From Thermodesulfovibrionales bacterium (GTDB lineage Bacteria > Nitrospirota > Thermodesulfovibrionia > Thermodesulfovibrionales > UBA6898), in contig JBIOIY010000001.1 of assembly GCA_044450345.1 (NCBI GenBank), forward strand, positions 96,001 to 160,000: a stretch of DNA of 64,000 nucleotides, read 5' to 3'. Shown here one piece after another: positions 10,016 to 20,100 of this stretch. How positions within the stretch are numbered: the first letter of the stretch is position 1; each line of letters begins with the position of its first letter. Position numbers and translations under genes: made by a program. The notes beneath the pieces are model-generated. The model did not search any database and was not told the origin of the DNA. It saw only the letters and a program-made list of their open reading frames with translations.

Positions 10016-12571
10016 GTGAAAAAGACCACTGAAGAAATTTCCAATAAAAATTTCACATTCTGGCAGCAGGATTTTGCGGCGTTATTTGAACACCTTGAAG
10101 CAACACCAAAGGGCCTCACGAGTACCGAAGCGGCCCGCCGTCTGACACAATTTGGTCCTAATCTTTTGCATCCGGCAAAGAAACGCGTAATCGTATTACA
10201 GTTTCTGGCGAAGTTCCTCAACCCGCTGGTACTTATTCTTCTGGCAGCCTGTGTTGTACTGGCGCTGACCGGGGATATAACCAGCTTCATCATTATTTCC
10301 ATCATAGTGCTGATAAGCGTGACTCTGGACTTTGTGCAGGAACATAGGGCCGGCCAGGCGGCCGAACGTCTGCGCAAGTCAGTATCCGTGCGCGTGAATG
10401 TCCTCCGTGATAGTAAGACGCTGGAGATCCCAATTGCTGAACTTGTTCAGGGGGATGTCATGTTTTTGTCCGCAGGTGATCTGGTCCCCGGGGACGGACG
10501 TATTATCGAGGCGAAGGATTTCTTCGTGAATCAGGCCCTTCTGACCGGCGAGCCCTATCCAGTCGAAAAGAATCCCGGGCAAGCGCAAGATGCCCCAGAG
10601 GTCATCGCTGCAAACAACGCCGTGCTTCTTGGGACCTCGGTAATCAGCGGTTGTGCAACTGTATTAATATGCCGCACCGGTTCAGACACGGTTTTAGGTG
10701 AGATTGCCGATACCCTTGTAGCCTCGGCGCCGCCCACTGCCTTCGAACTTGGCACGCGTCGATTCGGGATGCTCATTATGCGACTGACCGTTCTTTTGGT
10801 GCTCTTCGTTCTTCTTATGAATGCGTTCTTTCACAGGCCATGGCTGCAGTCCTTTCTCTTTGCCGTAGCCCTTGCGGTGGGACTCACCCCTGAGCTTCTC
10901 CCTATGGTAGTCTCCGTGACGCTTGCGCGAGGCGCCCAGCGTATGGCTTCGAAGAAGGTGATAGTCAAACGGTTGGCCGCAATCCAGAACCTCGGAAGTA
11001 TGGACGTCCTCTGCACCGATAAAACCGGGACACTTACAGAGGCGCGTATCAAACTGGAACGTCACGTGGACAGCTTTGGCCGCGACAGCAGTCGAGTACT
11101 CGAGCTTGCGTACCTTAACAGTTTTTTTGAAACCGGGTTGAAAAGTCCTCTTGACAACGCCATCCTCGAACATGTCGAGGTCGACGTGGCTTCATGGAGC
11201 AAGATAGATGAGTGTCCCTTCGATTTCGAACGCCGCCGGGTCTCTGTCCTTGTTGACAACGGCAAAACAAGACTGCTCGTGGTGAAAGGGGCGCCTGAGG
11301 ATATCCTAAGGCTCTCAACCAGATATGAGGGGGACGGCGATATTGACCTACGACCATTCGACAAGACATCGCGGTCATCTGTCCAGGCGATTTTTGAATC
11401 TCTGGGGCGGGAAGGGTTTCGCGTGCTCGGCGCTGCCTGGCGGCGGGTGGACCCCGACCATCCCCACGCCGTTGTGGATGACGAAACAGAACTTGTCTTT
11501 GCAGGTTTCGCCGCCTTTCTTGACCCTCCTAAAGAAAGCGCCAAAGAAGCCTTGACCAAACTTGCAGCCGCAGGTATAGCCGTCAAGATCGTATCCGGCG
11601 ACAATGAGCTCGTGACGGAGCATGTCTGCAGAGAGTTAGGCCTGCCGATCTCCGGGATCTTGACCGGTACGGACATCCAGCAGATGGACGATCAGGCGCT
11701 TTCAGCCCGGGTCGAGAGCGTAAACCTCTTCTGCCGCGTCAACCCGTCGCAAAAAAACAGGATAATCCTCGCCCTAAAAAAAAGGGGACATGCAGTAGGC
11801 TACCTGGGCGACGGTATCAATGATGCCCCGTCGCTTCATTCTGCAGATATAGGTATTTCCGTTGAAGGCGCCGTCGACGTTGCCAAGGATGCTGCGGAGA
11901 TGATCCTGCTTGAGCAAGATCTCGGGGTCCTCTATGAAGGGGTAAGCGAGGGACGTCGCACCTTCGGCAATGTGATGAAGTACATAATGATGGGCACCAG
12001 TTCTAATTTCGGCAATATGTTCAGTATGGCAGGAGGATCGCTTTTTCTTCCCTTCATTCCGATGCTGCCTGCCCAGATATTGCTGAACAACATGTTGTAT
12101 GATTTTTCCGAAGTCCCCATCCCGCTGGACAATGTCGATGAGGAATACCTCACACACCCCCGGCAATGGGACATCGGATTTGTACGCAAGTTCATGCTGG
12201 CGGTCGGCCCTGTCAGTTCCCTCTTCGATTTCCTTACTTTTTTTGTTATGCTTAAACTTTTCCACGCCGGGGAATCGCTCTTTCATACCGGCTGGTTCGT
12301 AGAGTCCCTTGCCACGCAGGTACTGGTCATATTTGTCATTCGCACCCACAAGAACCCGTTCAAGAGCCGGCCAAATCCATGGCTGACAGGCTGCTCACTC
12401 CTGGTCGTGGCGATAGCGATCGCCCTTCCATTTACCCCATTGGCCGGATACCTCGGCTTTGAACCGCTCCCGCCTCTATTCTTCCTGGTGTTGGCAGGGA
12501 TGGTCCTGTTCTATCTGTTGATCGTCGAACAGGTCAAACAGTGGTTTTTCCGCAGGTATATTTTCAGATGA
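10016..12571 (+). CDS. mgtA: Magnesium-translocating P-type ATPase
   Basis: LTGE, VGLTPELLP, DKTGTLT, PFDFERRR, KGAPE, GDGIND, MGTSSNFGN, FHTGWFVES. Confidence 0.93.
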   Translation: MKKTTEEISNKNFTFWQQDFAALFEHLEATPKGLTSTEAARRLTQFGPNLLHPAKKRVIVLQFLAKFLNPLVLILLAACVVLALTGDITSFIIISIIVLISVTLDFVQEHRAGQAAERLRKSVSVRVNVLRDSKTLEIPIAELVQGDVMFLSAGDLVPGDGRIIEAKDFFVNQALLTGEPYPVEKNPGQAQDAPEVIAANNAVLLGTSVISGCATVLICRTGSDTVLGEIADTLVASAPPTAFELGTRRFGMLIMRLTVLLVLFVLLMNAFFHRPWLQSFLFAVALAVGLTPELLPMVVSVTLARGAQRMASKKVIVKRLAAIQNLGSMDVLCTDKTGTLTEARIKLERHVDSFGRDSSRVLELAYLNSFFETGLKSPLDNAILEHVEVDVASWSKIDECPFDFERRRVSVLVDNGKTRLLVVKGAPEDILRLSTRYEGDGDIDLRPFDKTSRSSVQAIFESLGREGFRVLGAAWRRVDPDHPHAVVDDETELVFAGFAAFLDPPKESAKEALTKLAAAGIAVKIVSGDNELVTEHVCRELGLPISGILTGTDIQQMDDQALSARVESVNLFCRVNPSQKNRIILALKKRGHAVGYLGDGINDAPSLHSADIGISVEGAVDVAKDAAEMILLEQDLGVLYEGVSEGRRTFGNVMKYIMMGTSSNFGNMFSMAGGSLFLPFIPMLPAQILLNNMLYDFSEVPIPLDNVDEEYLTHPRQWDIGFVRKFMLAVGPVSSLFDFLTFFVMLKLFHAGESLFHTGWFVESLATQVLVIFVIRTHKNPFKSRPNPWLTGCSLLVVAIAIALPFTPLAGYLGFEPLPPLFFLVLAGMVLFYLLIVEQVKQWFFRRYIFR

Positions 12572-12804
12572 AAACAGGCATGGAAGATTTTATATTAGAA
12601 GGCAGCGAATTCATCGAATTAAACAAACTCCTGAAGATCACGGGATTATGCGAAAGCGGAGGGATGGCGAAGGCAGTGATCGCGGAGGGCAAAGTCAAAG
12701 TCGATGGTAAAGCAGAACTGCGAAAGCGGTGCAAAATACACGCTGGCCAGGTCGTAGAATTTGAGGGTCACAAAATGCATATAAGAAATGCATCCACTAC
12801 CTGA
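12568..12804 (+). CDS. S4-domain RNA-binding protein (YbcJ/YaaA-like)
   Basis: IELNKLLK..SGGMAK..VKVDG..RKRCKI; ATGA overlap with mgtA stop. Confidence 0.88.
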   Translation: MKTGMEDFILEGSEFIELNKLLKITGLCESGGMAKAVIAEGKVKVDGKAELRKRCKIHAGQVVEFEGHKMHIRNASTT

Positions 12805-12850
12805 CCCAACTTTACTTGCAATGTTTATGGATTTAAAGTAATATTTCCGC

Positions 12851-14059
12851 ATGCAAAAATTGATTCGCGGCTTAATTCAAACCAACACAACCAAAATCGT
12901 GCTTGTCATCCTCGACGGACTCGGGGGGCTTCCTGTAAACGGCAAGACCGAACTGGAGACGGCAAATGCCCCGTACATGGATGGGCTCGCACAGTCATCC
13001 GCGTGCGGACTTCACCTCCCTGTTGCTTGCGGCATCACGCCGGGCAGCGGCCCGGGCCACCTCTCTCTCTTCGGATATAATCCGCTCGAATATCAGATCG
13101 GCAGAGGGATCCTCGAAGCGCTCGGTCTCGGCATGGACGTAAGAAGGACCGACATCGCCTTACGCTGCAATTATGCTACGATCGAAAAAGGCATAGTGAA
13201 AGACAGGCGGGCGGGCAGGATACCGACAGAGCAGAGCAGAAAGATTACAGAGAAACTGCAGTCGGCGATAACCAAAATAGACGACGCCGAGATACATTTT
13301 GCGCCGGGCATGGAGCACAGGTTCGCGGTGCTGATGAGGTTCCCCGAGCCGCTCGCCCCCGGCGCCGACTCCATAAACGACACAGACCCGCAGAAAGAAG
13401 GTAAGGCACCTATCCCCCCGGTCGCAACGTCGCCTGCAGGGGAACGCGTAGCACGGGTTGCCGAGAAGTTTATTACGAAAGTCTCGGAGGTGTTGAAGGG
13501 AGAAGAAAAGGCTAACTATGTGCTCCTCAGAGGGTTCTCCGTCATGCCCCATCTTACTACGTTTAAAGAGGCATACGGACTGAATGCCGTTGCAATCGCC
13601 ACCTACCCCATGTACGGCGGACTCGCAAAGCTTGTCGGCATGGCCACGCCGGTAGTTTCCGGAGGGGTGCAGGAAGAGATCGATTTTCTCAAGGCTAACT
13701 ACGATAAGTACGATTTCTTTTTCCTGCATGTAAAAAAAGTGGACTCCTACGGCGAAGACGGCGACTTCGCCGGAAAATGCAAACGGATCGAGGAATTCGA
13801 CGCCCTCCTTCCTCAGATACTTTCTCTTAATCCCGATGTGCTCATCATCACAGGCGACCATTCCACTCCGGCCCTTATGAAGGGCCATAGCTGGCACCCT
13901 GTCCCCTTACTCCTTAAGTCGCCATATGTGCTCGGAGGGCTCTGTAAAGGGTTTTCCGAGAGGGAATGCACAAAAGGGGAACTCGGTATCTTCCCGACCG
14001 TTAACCTCATGCCCCTCGCCCTCGCCAACGCCGGCAGATTGAAAAAGTTCGGCGCGTAA
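12851..14059 (+). CDS. apgM: 2,3-bisphosphoglycerate-independent phosphoglycerate mutase (ApgM type)
   Basis: LDGLGG, TPGSGPGH, DRRAGRI, TGDHSTP, HSWHPVP, KFGA. Confidence 0.92.
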   Translation: MQKLIRGLIQTNTTKIVLVILDGLGGLPVNGKTELETANAPYMDGLAQSSACGLHLPVACGITPGSGPGHLSLFGYNPLEYQIGRGILEALGLGMDVRRTDIALRCNYATIEKGIVKDRRAGRIPTEQSRKITEKLQSAITKIDDAEIHFAPGMEHRFAVLMRFPEPLAPGADSINDTDPQKEGKAPIPPVATSPAGERVARVAEKFITKVSEVLKGEEKANYVLLRGFSVMPHLTTFKEAYGLNAVAIATYPMYGGLAKLVGMATPVVSGGVQEEIDFLKANYDKYDFFFLHVKKVDSYGEDGDFAGKCKRIEEFDALLPQILSLNPDVLIITGDHSTPALMKGHSWHPVPLLLKSPYVLGGLCKGFSERECTKGELGIFPTVNLMPLALANAGRLKKFGA

Positions 14060-14161
14060 TACCGGTCTGCTGCATGACAACGCAACCCGGATTGTCGTAA
14101 CATAAAAGTCGCACGGACAAAATATATCTTAATAGAAAGTCATGCAGAGGACCGTAGACTG

Positions 14162-15592
14162 GTGAAAAATGATAACCAAAAGAGAGAGGCACCTTTAGAC
14201 TCAGGAAACCGTTTTCCTGAAGTCATTGTTCCCCTGATCGATACACACTGCCACCTCGAGATGCCTCAGTTCGACGGCGACCGTGAAGAGGTGATCGGTC
14301 GGGCAAAAAAAGCGGGGTTCGAGGCATTGATAACCGTTGGCTCCGACCTGGAAGGAACGTGTAAGGCCTTAAAACTCGCCGAACAATACGATTTCATCTA
14401 TGCCTCGGTCGGCGTTCATCCCCACGATGCAAAGGATTTCTCGCAACGAAGTTATGAAGATCTGAAGGAGATGACAAAAAACAAAAAGGTCGTCGCCATA
14501 GGCGAGACGGGCCTCGACTATCATTACGATCACTCGCCGCGTGACGTCCAGAGGGGGGTATTCAGAAGACACCTTGCGCTTTCTAAAGAGACCGGTCTTC
14601 CCGTCATTGTCCATAGCCGGGAGGCGGAAGAAGACACGATGGCCATCCTCAATGAATCCGGGATCGACAGGGGGGTCCTCCACTGCTTTTCAGGGGACTC
14701 GGAAATGGCAGAACAGGCGATGTCGATGGGCCTTGCCATTTCGATTGCCGGACCAGTGACCTTCAAAAAATCAGCAGGGCTGAGGGAAATAGCCCGCATT
14801 ATCCCTGACGACTACCTCCTGGTAGAAACGGATGCCCCCTACCTGGCGCCCGAGCCCTTCAGGGGCAAAAGGAACGAACCATATTATATGCGTCTTACTG
14901 CAGGATATGTCGCACAACTGCGCGGAATAAGCTTCGAGGACTTGGCGCGGATTACTACTCTTAACGCTAAACGGCTCTTTGGTATAGGGTCCATTTCTGA
15001 AGAAGCCGCGATCGCGTATCAGATCAGGGACAGCCTCTACCTGAACATAACAAACCGTTGTACCAACGCCTGTTCCTTCTGCGTTAAGTTCAGGTCGGAC
15101 TTCGTGAAGGGACACAGATTGAGGCTCGGTCATGAACCCACCGAGGACGAGATAATAGAGGCCATCGGCGATCCCTCCCGCTACCACGAAGTGGTTTTTT
15201 GCGGTTACGGAGAGCCTCTCCAGAGAATTGACATTGTAAAGAATGTCGCACGATGGATAAAAAGGCACAACGGAAGGGTCAGGATCAATACGAACGGACA
15301 CGCCAACTTGATCCACAAACGCGACATCCTGCCCGAGTTGAAAGGGCTTGTCGACCGTATCTCGGTAAGCCTCGATGCCCATGACGAAATAACCTATAAC
15401 AGGCTCTGCAAGCCGGCATACAAAGATGCATTTCACGAGGTCATCGGGTTTATACGCAGGGCAAAGGAGCTTATACCCGATGTCCAGGCGACCGTAGTCG
15501 ACGTTGAAGGCGTGGACCTCGAAAAATGCAGGGAATTAGCTGGGCAGATCGGGGTAACGCTCAGAATACGGAAACTCGATGCGGTGGGGTAA
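14162..15592 (+). CDS. TatD hydrolase fused to TatD-linked radical SAM domain
   Basis: DTHCH, GVHPH, GETGLDY, HSRE, HCF, ETDAP; then LYLNITNRCTNACSFC and FCGYGEP; start uncertain. Confidence 0.92.
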   Translation: MKNDNQKREAPLDSGNRFPEVIVPLIDTHCHLEMPQFDGDREEVIGRAKKAGFEALITVGSDLEGTCKALKLAEQYDFIYASVGVHPHDAKDFSQRSYEDLKEMTKNKKVVAIGETGLDYHYDHSPRDVQRGVFRRHLALSKETGLPVIVHSREAEEDTMAILNESGIDRGVLHCFSGDSEMAEQAMSMGLAISIAGPVTFKKSAGLREIARIIPDDYLLVETDAPYLAPEPFRGKRNEPYYMRLTAGYVAQLRGISFEDLARITTLNAKRLFGIGSISEEAAIAYQIRDSLYLNITNRCTNACSFCVKFRSDFVKGHRLRLGHEPTEDEIIEAIGDPSRYHEVVFCGYGEPLQRIDIVKNVARWIKRHNGRVRINTNGHANLIHKRDILPELKGLVDRISVSLDAHDEITYNRLCKPAYKDAFHEVIGFIRRAKELIPDVQATVVDVEGVDLEKCRELAGQIGVTLRIRKLDAVG

Positions 15593-16673
15593 AGTCCTTT
15601 ACCCAGGTGAGGAATGCCTGAACCACAAAAGGGTCGAACTGCGTTCCGGAGCATCGTTCAATTTCTTCGATAGCCTCCGCTTTTGTCTTCATCTGCCTAT
15701 ACGGTCTGTCTGAAGTCATTGCATCAAAGGCGTCCGCTACGGACAGGATCCTTGCCATAAGAGGTATTTTCTCCCCTTGCAGCCCGAAGATGCCGTCTTG
15801 CCCGTCCCAGTGCTCGTGATGATATTTCACGCTCTTGATTATCTCATCAAACTGCTTCAGTTCCACGAGTATTTCGGCCCCGAGAACCGCATGTCTCTTA
15901 ATCTCGGACCACTCCTCCTTTCCGAGCATGCCGTTCTTGTTTAGAATCTCCTTCGGTGTGGCGATCTTACCGATATCATGGAGTAGCGCACTGATCTTCA
16001 GTTTTTCCATCAGCCCGGCTTCGAGTCCCATGACCCTGCCTATTCCGAGGGAATAACTGGTAACACGCTCCGTATGGCCGGCCGTCCAGTATGACGATGC
16101 CTCGAGCGCTTTTACCAATGACCGTATGGCCCCCAGCATCAGCGCTTCCAACTCACCATAAAGCATGGCATTTTCAATGGCAAGGCCTGCCTGGGCAGCG
16201 ATCGTCGACAAAAGTTTCGAATCATTTGAGAAGAACTCCTCGCCGGATTCCTTGTCGGCGACCACGATCGCGCCGATCACTCTCGCCTTGCCGATAATCG
16301 GACAGATCATCAACGATGACAGCTCCGGGAGATGGTCCTTATGTTCGGCCTCGATAAGCCTGCAGTATGCCGATGCCTTCCGGGAGTCGATCGACTTCCA
16401 GAAAACCTCCATGGTTTTGTCGATCACCCGCCCGCAGTCCCACTTTCCTTTGCAGGTCTTTGTATGCAGCGTCTCTCCCTTGCCGTCGAGGAAAAGCACC
16501 GCGGCGGTCCGGACGCCGATGGTGTTGACCGCTTCTCTGGTGATCCTCGCACAGATCTCGTCTATACTGAGGAAAGAAAAAACCTCGGACATCCTGTGGA
16601 GCAAAGAAAGCTCCTCGTAGGTGTTACTCAGTTCCCGGACTGTCAGTGAAAGGTCATGCTCCGGGCTCGTCAC
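15561..16673 (-). CDS. GAF + HD-GYP-like phosphodiesterase
   Basis: GAF helix (AAQAGLAIENA), HTERV, LHDIGKI, HHEHWDG, ADAFDAMTSDRPYR; GYP replaced by GIF. Confidence 0.88.
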   Translation of the reverse strand: MTSPEHDLSLTVRELSNTYEELSLLHRMSEVFSFLSIDEICARITREAVNTIGVRTAAVLFLDGKGETLHTKTCKGKWDCGRVIDKTMEVFWKSIDSRKASAYCRLIEAEHKDHLPELSSLMICPIIGKARVIGAIVVADKESGEEFFSNDSKLLSTIAAQAGLAIENAMLYGELEALMLGAIRSLVKALEASSYWTAGHTERVTSYSLGIGRVMGLEAGLMEKLKISALLHDIGKIATPKEILNKNGMLGKEEWSEIKRHAVLGAEILVELKQFDEIIKSVKYHHEHWDGQDGIFGLQGEKIPLMARILSVADAFDAMTSDRPYRQMKTKAEAIEEIERCSGTQFDPFVVQAFLTWVKDFTPPHRVSVF

Positions 16674-17034
16674 TACCTATTACCTCCTGTACCATTTCCA
16701 AAAGCGCCTTAGGGCTGAAAGGTTTTGTGATATACCTGGCCACGCCGCTTTGCAGCCCCAGTTGTTCGTCGGCGTCCTGCCCCCTGGCGGTCAGCATAAA
16801 AATAGGAATATCCGACGTTTCACTGTCCTGTTTGAGAATCCTGCAAACCTCTATCCCGCTGATTTCCGGCATCATCCAGTCGAGTATGACTAGGCCCGGC
16901 TTCTCTTTTTTGATGACCTCGACCGCATTTACGCTGCTCCTCATGGTCACCACATCGATCCTCGCAGTCCTTAATTTATCCTCTATCATCATAAGGATAA
17001 AGGGCTCATCGTCTATGACAACGACCTTTTTCAT
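16654..17034 (-). CDS. Single-domain response regulator
   Basis: IDDE, ILDWMMP, MLTARG, ITKPFS. Confidence 0.93.
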   Translation of the reverse strand: MKKVVVIDDEPFILMMIEDKLRTARIDVVTMRSSVNAVEVIKKEKPGLVILDWMMPEISGIEVCRILKQDSETSDIPIFMLTARGQDADEQLGLQSGVARYITKPFSPKALLEMVQEVIGSDEPGA

Positions 17035-17267
17035 GCTGCCTCCCTCTTTTCCCTTTCGCCTTCAGGCTCAGCTTCGAAGCATTCACCGAGAGATAACCTG
17101 AAATCGCCGTTCTCTTCGGAAAATCTGAAAACATAGCAGATCGGAAAGCCCACCGCCTCATGTGCCGGCACGCAAGTCATCTTTTCAAGCGCCTCACTGA
17201 CAAAAATAATCCTGCCGTTACCATCGACCTTAATTATACCACCCGCAACGCTCTGAAGGACAACTGC
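17031..17267 (-). pseudogene. PAS-domain-like remnant in frame with hisS stop
   Basis: Open frame AVVLQSVAGGIIKVDGNGRIIFVSEALEKMT...EAVGFPICYVF; no standard start codon before the motif; stop overlaps response regulator ATG. Confidence 0.55.
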
Positions 17268-18527
17268 TCACGCACCGGCAATGAAATCCCTTATGCCGGT
17301 AATCCGCAGTTCGCCTGTCGCCGAATCCGCAAGTCTCTTCCATCCCACCATCCCGGACTTTATTTCATCGTCTCCGATGATGAACACATATTTGGCGGAC
17401 AGTCTGTCGGCCCTCCTCATCTGGCTCTTTAGCGACGAAGACCCTTCACCCAGTTCTACCCAAATGCCCTTTTCCCTGAGACCGTCGGCGATGCGAACCC
17501 CTTCTTTGCCTGCCTGCTCACCGACCGCTGCGATGAAGACTTCAGGGGCCGGAAGATCATATTTCACCGACATCTTCAGCAACTCCACGATCCTCTCCAT
17601 CCCCAAAGCAAAACCGATAGCCGGGGTTTCAGGTCCGCCGAATTCCTTTACAAGACGGTCGTATCTCCCGCCCGCAGCAATCGCGTTTTGGGCGCCGAGG
17701 TTTTCGCTCGTGACCTCAAATGTAGTCCTGGTGTAATAATCGAGCCCCCTTACCATCTCCGGATTGACCGTATGGGGAATCCCGAGCATTTCGAGCAGGG
17801 CCAGAAACCTTTCAAAATGATTACGGCAGTCCTCGCAGAGATAGTCGACGACGCGGGGCGCGTCTTTTCTTATCTCTCTGCACCTGTCGACTTTACAGTC
17901 GAGTATCCTGAGAGGATTCTGGTCATACCTCCTCCGGCAGTCGGTGCAAAGGTCATCCAGACTGCCGGCAAAAAATGCCAGGAGCGCTTCTTTAAACACG
18001 GGGCGGCATTTCTCGCATCCGATTGAATTGACCTGAAAATGCGGCGACTCGAGGCCGATACCCCTCAGCAGGCGGTTGAGCATGGATATCACCTCCGCAT
18101 CCATCTCCGGCTTGGAAGATCCGAACGCCTCCACCCCTATCTGGTAGAATTGCCTGAAGCGCCCGGACTGCGGCCTTTCATATCTGAACATCGGCCCCGT
18201 GTAATAGAACTTCTGGGGTGACGGCAGGGTATACAGATGGTTTTCTGTGTAGCACCGCACAACCGAAGCAGTGCCCTCCGGCCTGAGCGTGATGCTCCTC
18301 CCTCCCTTGTCTTCGAAGGTGTACATTTCCTTTTCGACAATGTCGGTGTTCTCGCCTATACTTCGCGCAAAGACCGATGTGGATTCGACTATCGGGGTCC
18401 TTATCTCAAGAAAGCCGTAAGACGCAAATACCTCTCTCGCCTTCCTCTCCACCTCCTGCCATATGTGTATGTCCGAGGGCATGATGTCCTTCATGCCCTT
18501 CAGCGCCTTGTACCGTTCAGAACTCAC
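17268..18527 (-). CDS. hisS: Histidine-tRNA ligase
   Basis: KEMYTF, LRPEGTA, FRYERPQSGRFRQF, VRGLDYY, AGGRYD, GMER. Confidence 0.98.
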   Translation of the reverse strand: MSSERYKALKGMKDIMPSDIHIWQEVERKAREVFASYGFLEIRTPIVESTSVFARSIGENTDIVEKEMYTFEDKGGRSITLRPEGTASVVRCYTENHLYTLPSPQKFYYTGPMFRYERPQSGRFRQFYQIGVEAFGSSKPEMDAEVISMLNRLLRGIGLESPHFQVNSIGCEKCRPVFKEALLAFFAGSLDDLCTDCRRRYDQNPLRILDCKVDRCREIRKDAPRVVDYLCEDCRNHFERFLALLEMLGIPHTVNPEMVRGLDYYTRTTFEVTSENLGAQNAIAAGGRYDRLVKEFGGPETPAIGFALGMERIVELLKMSVKYDLPAPEVFIAAVGEQAGKEGVRIADGLREKGIWVELGEGSSSLKSQMRRADRLSAKYVFIIGDDEIKSGMVGWKRLADSATGELRITGIRDFIAGA

Positions 18528-19003
18528 TCGACGACCTCTTCCCTGTTTTCTCCTTCTCTGTAGGAATCATGTTCCAGCATCCTCGTGTGGTTTTCGATAA
18601 GCCGCTTCAATTCCTCTCTGAAATGACGGCGTATCCCTTTGAGGTCGACGATATCTTCATGGATCTTGATGACCTTTTCCTGTGCGTCTTTGATCAATTC
18701 GTCCGCCCTGATCTCAGCCTCTCTAATGAGAAGCTCCGCCTCTTTTCTCGCGTTCGTCTTGTAATCCTCGACCATCTGCTGGGCGGTCATGAGGGTTTCG
18801 CGCAGCGTCGTTTCCATGTCCTTGTATTCCTTGATATGGTTTGCGGCCCTCTGCACGTTTTCCTTCAGTGACGCATTCTCCCTCAGAAGTTCCTCCATCT
18901 CCTCCCTGATCACTTCGAGAAACGCATAGACCTCTTCTACATCAAACCCCCTGAATTTCATCGGGAATTGTTTCTGCTGGATATCAAGCGGCGTGATTCT
19001 CAT
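18524..19003 (-). CDS. divIVA: DivIVA domain protein
   Basis: ITPLDIQQKQF..FRGFDVEEV followed by coiled coil. Confidence 0.9.
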   Translation of the reverse strand: MRITPLDIQQKQFPMKFRGFDVEEVYAFLEVIREEMEELLRENASLKENVQRAANHIKEYKDMETTLRETLMTAQQMVEDYKTNARKEAELLIREAEIRADELIKDAQEKVIKIHEDIVDLKGIRRHFREELKRLIENHTRMLEHDSYREGENREEVVE

Positions 19004-19006
19004 ATA

Positions 19007-19312
19007 TCATCCTCCTCCAAACTGCTGACCGATTTTTATTACTGTCCTTACCAGAAACGACTGCAGGAATATAATAACAAGAATTACTACTATTGGAGAA
19101 ATATCGATCGGCCCGAGCCGGTACCCTATGAGCCGCCGTATGGGCCTGAACACCGGTTCAGTGACCGCATGGAGAAACCTCACTATCGGATTATAGGGGT
19201 CAGGGTTCACCCAACTTATCAGCGCAGCGATGATGACGACCCATTTATACAATCCGAGAAGATAATCAAGAATTGTCGCGATGGATATGAGCAGGTCGCC
19301 GAAAACGAACAT
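19007..19312 (-). CDS. yggT: YggT family membrane protein
   Basis: ISWVNPDPYNP, TEP, IDISP. Confidence 0.93.
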   Translation of the reverse strand: MFVFGDLLISIATILDYLLGLYKWVVIIAALISWVNPDPYNPIVRFLHAVTEPVFRPIRRLIGYRLGPIDISPIVVILVIIFLQSFLVRTVIKIGQQFGGG

Positions 19313-20100
19313 TATTCCCTCCTCCCGAGCTCCTCCGCCCTCTTCCTCGCGGCAAGCAGTGCTTCGCTTACCGTGGCCTTGAGAGACCTTTCCTCAAACA
19401 CCTTCAACCCTGCCTCGGTAGTCCCTCCCGGCGACGTGACCATTATTCTCAACCGCTCGGGCGTCATGCCCGTATCTAAGAGTTTTGCGGTGCCGAGCAG
19501 GGTCTGCGCAGCCAGTTCTGCCGAGTCGGAGGCAGAAAGTCCCATCTTCTCCCCGCTCCCTATCATCGCCTCAATGAACAATGCGATAAATGCAGGCCCG
19601 CTTCCCGACAAGGCGGTCACGGCATTCATCATCTCTTCCGGCAACACAAGGACCTTCCCTATGGACATCAGTATGCTCTTCACTACATTGAGTTCAGGAC
19701 CGTATGAGCACCCGCACAACGACATCACCGACATGCCCTCCTGCACCAGGGCTGGGGTATTGGGCATGACCCTTATCAATTGTCTTGTCTTAAGTCTCGC
19801 TTCAAGATAGGAAAGGGTAATCCCGGCGGCAATCGAAACGACCGTTTTCGTGTCGTTCACAGAGGGTGCAATTTCAGTCAGGACCGCATCCATATTCTGG
19901 GGTTTCACGGCAAGTAATATGATTTCGCAGGCAGATGCGACTTCCGCATTGGAAGCGGCCACCCTTATCCCATATGCCTCCTTAAGTTCCCTGCGCCTAT
20001 CCTCCCTAAGTTCCGAAACAAAGATGTCCTTCATGCCCTTTGCCGTCATCCCCTTGATCAATGCTTCCGCCATGTTTCCGCCGCCGATAAAACCGATCAT
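19312..20100 (-). CDS. proC: Pyrroline-5-carboxylate reductase
   Basis: GFIGGGNM, AVKPQ, RVMPNTP, SGSGPA, VTSPGGTT. Confidence 0.97.
   Translation of the reverse strand: MIGFIGGGNMAEALIKGMTAKGMKDIFVSELREDRRRELKEAYGIRVAASNAEVASACEIILLAVKPQNMDAVLTEIAPSVNDTKTVVSIAAGITLSYLEARLKTRQLIRVMPNTPALVQEGMSVMSLCGCSYGPELNVVKSILMSIGKVLVLPEEMMNAVTALSGSGPAFIALFIEAMIGSGEKMGLSASDSAELAAQTLLGTAKLLDTGMTPERLRIMVTSPGGTTEAGLKVFEERSLKATVSEALLAARKRAEELGRRE

Noticed and set aside
17230..17270. Selenocysteine readthrough of the hisS UGA
   Set aside because: No convincing SECIS hairpin follows and HisRS is complete at this point.
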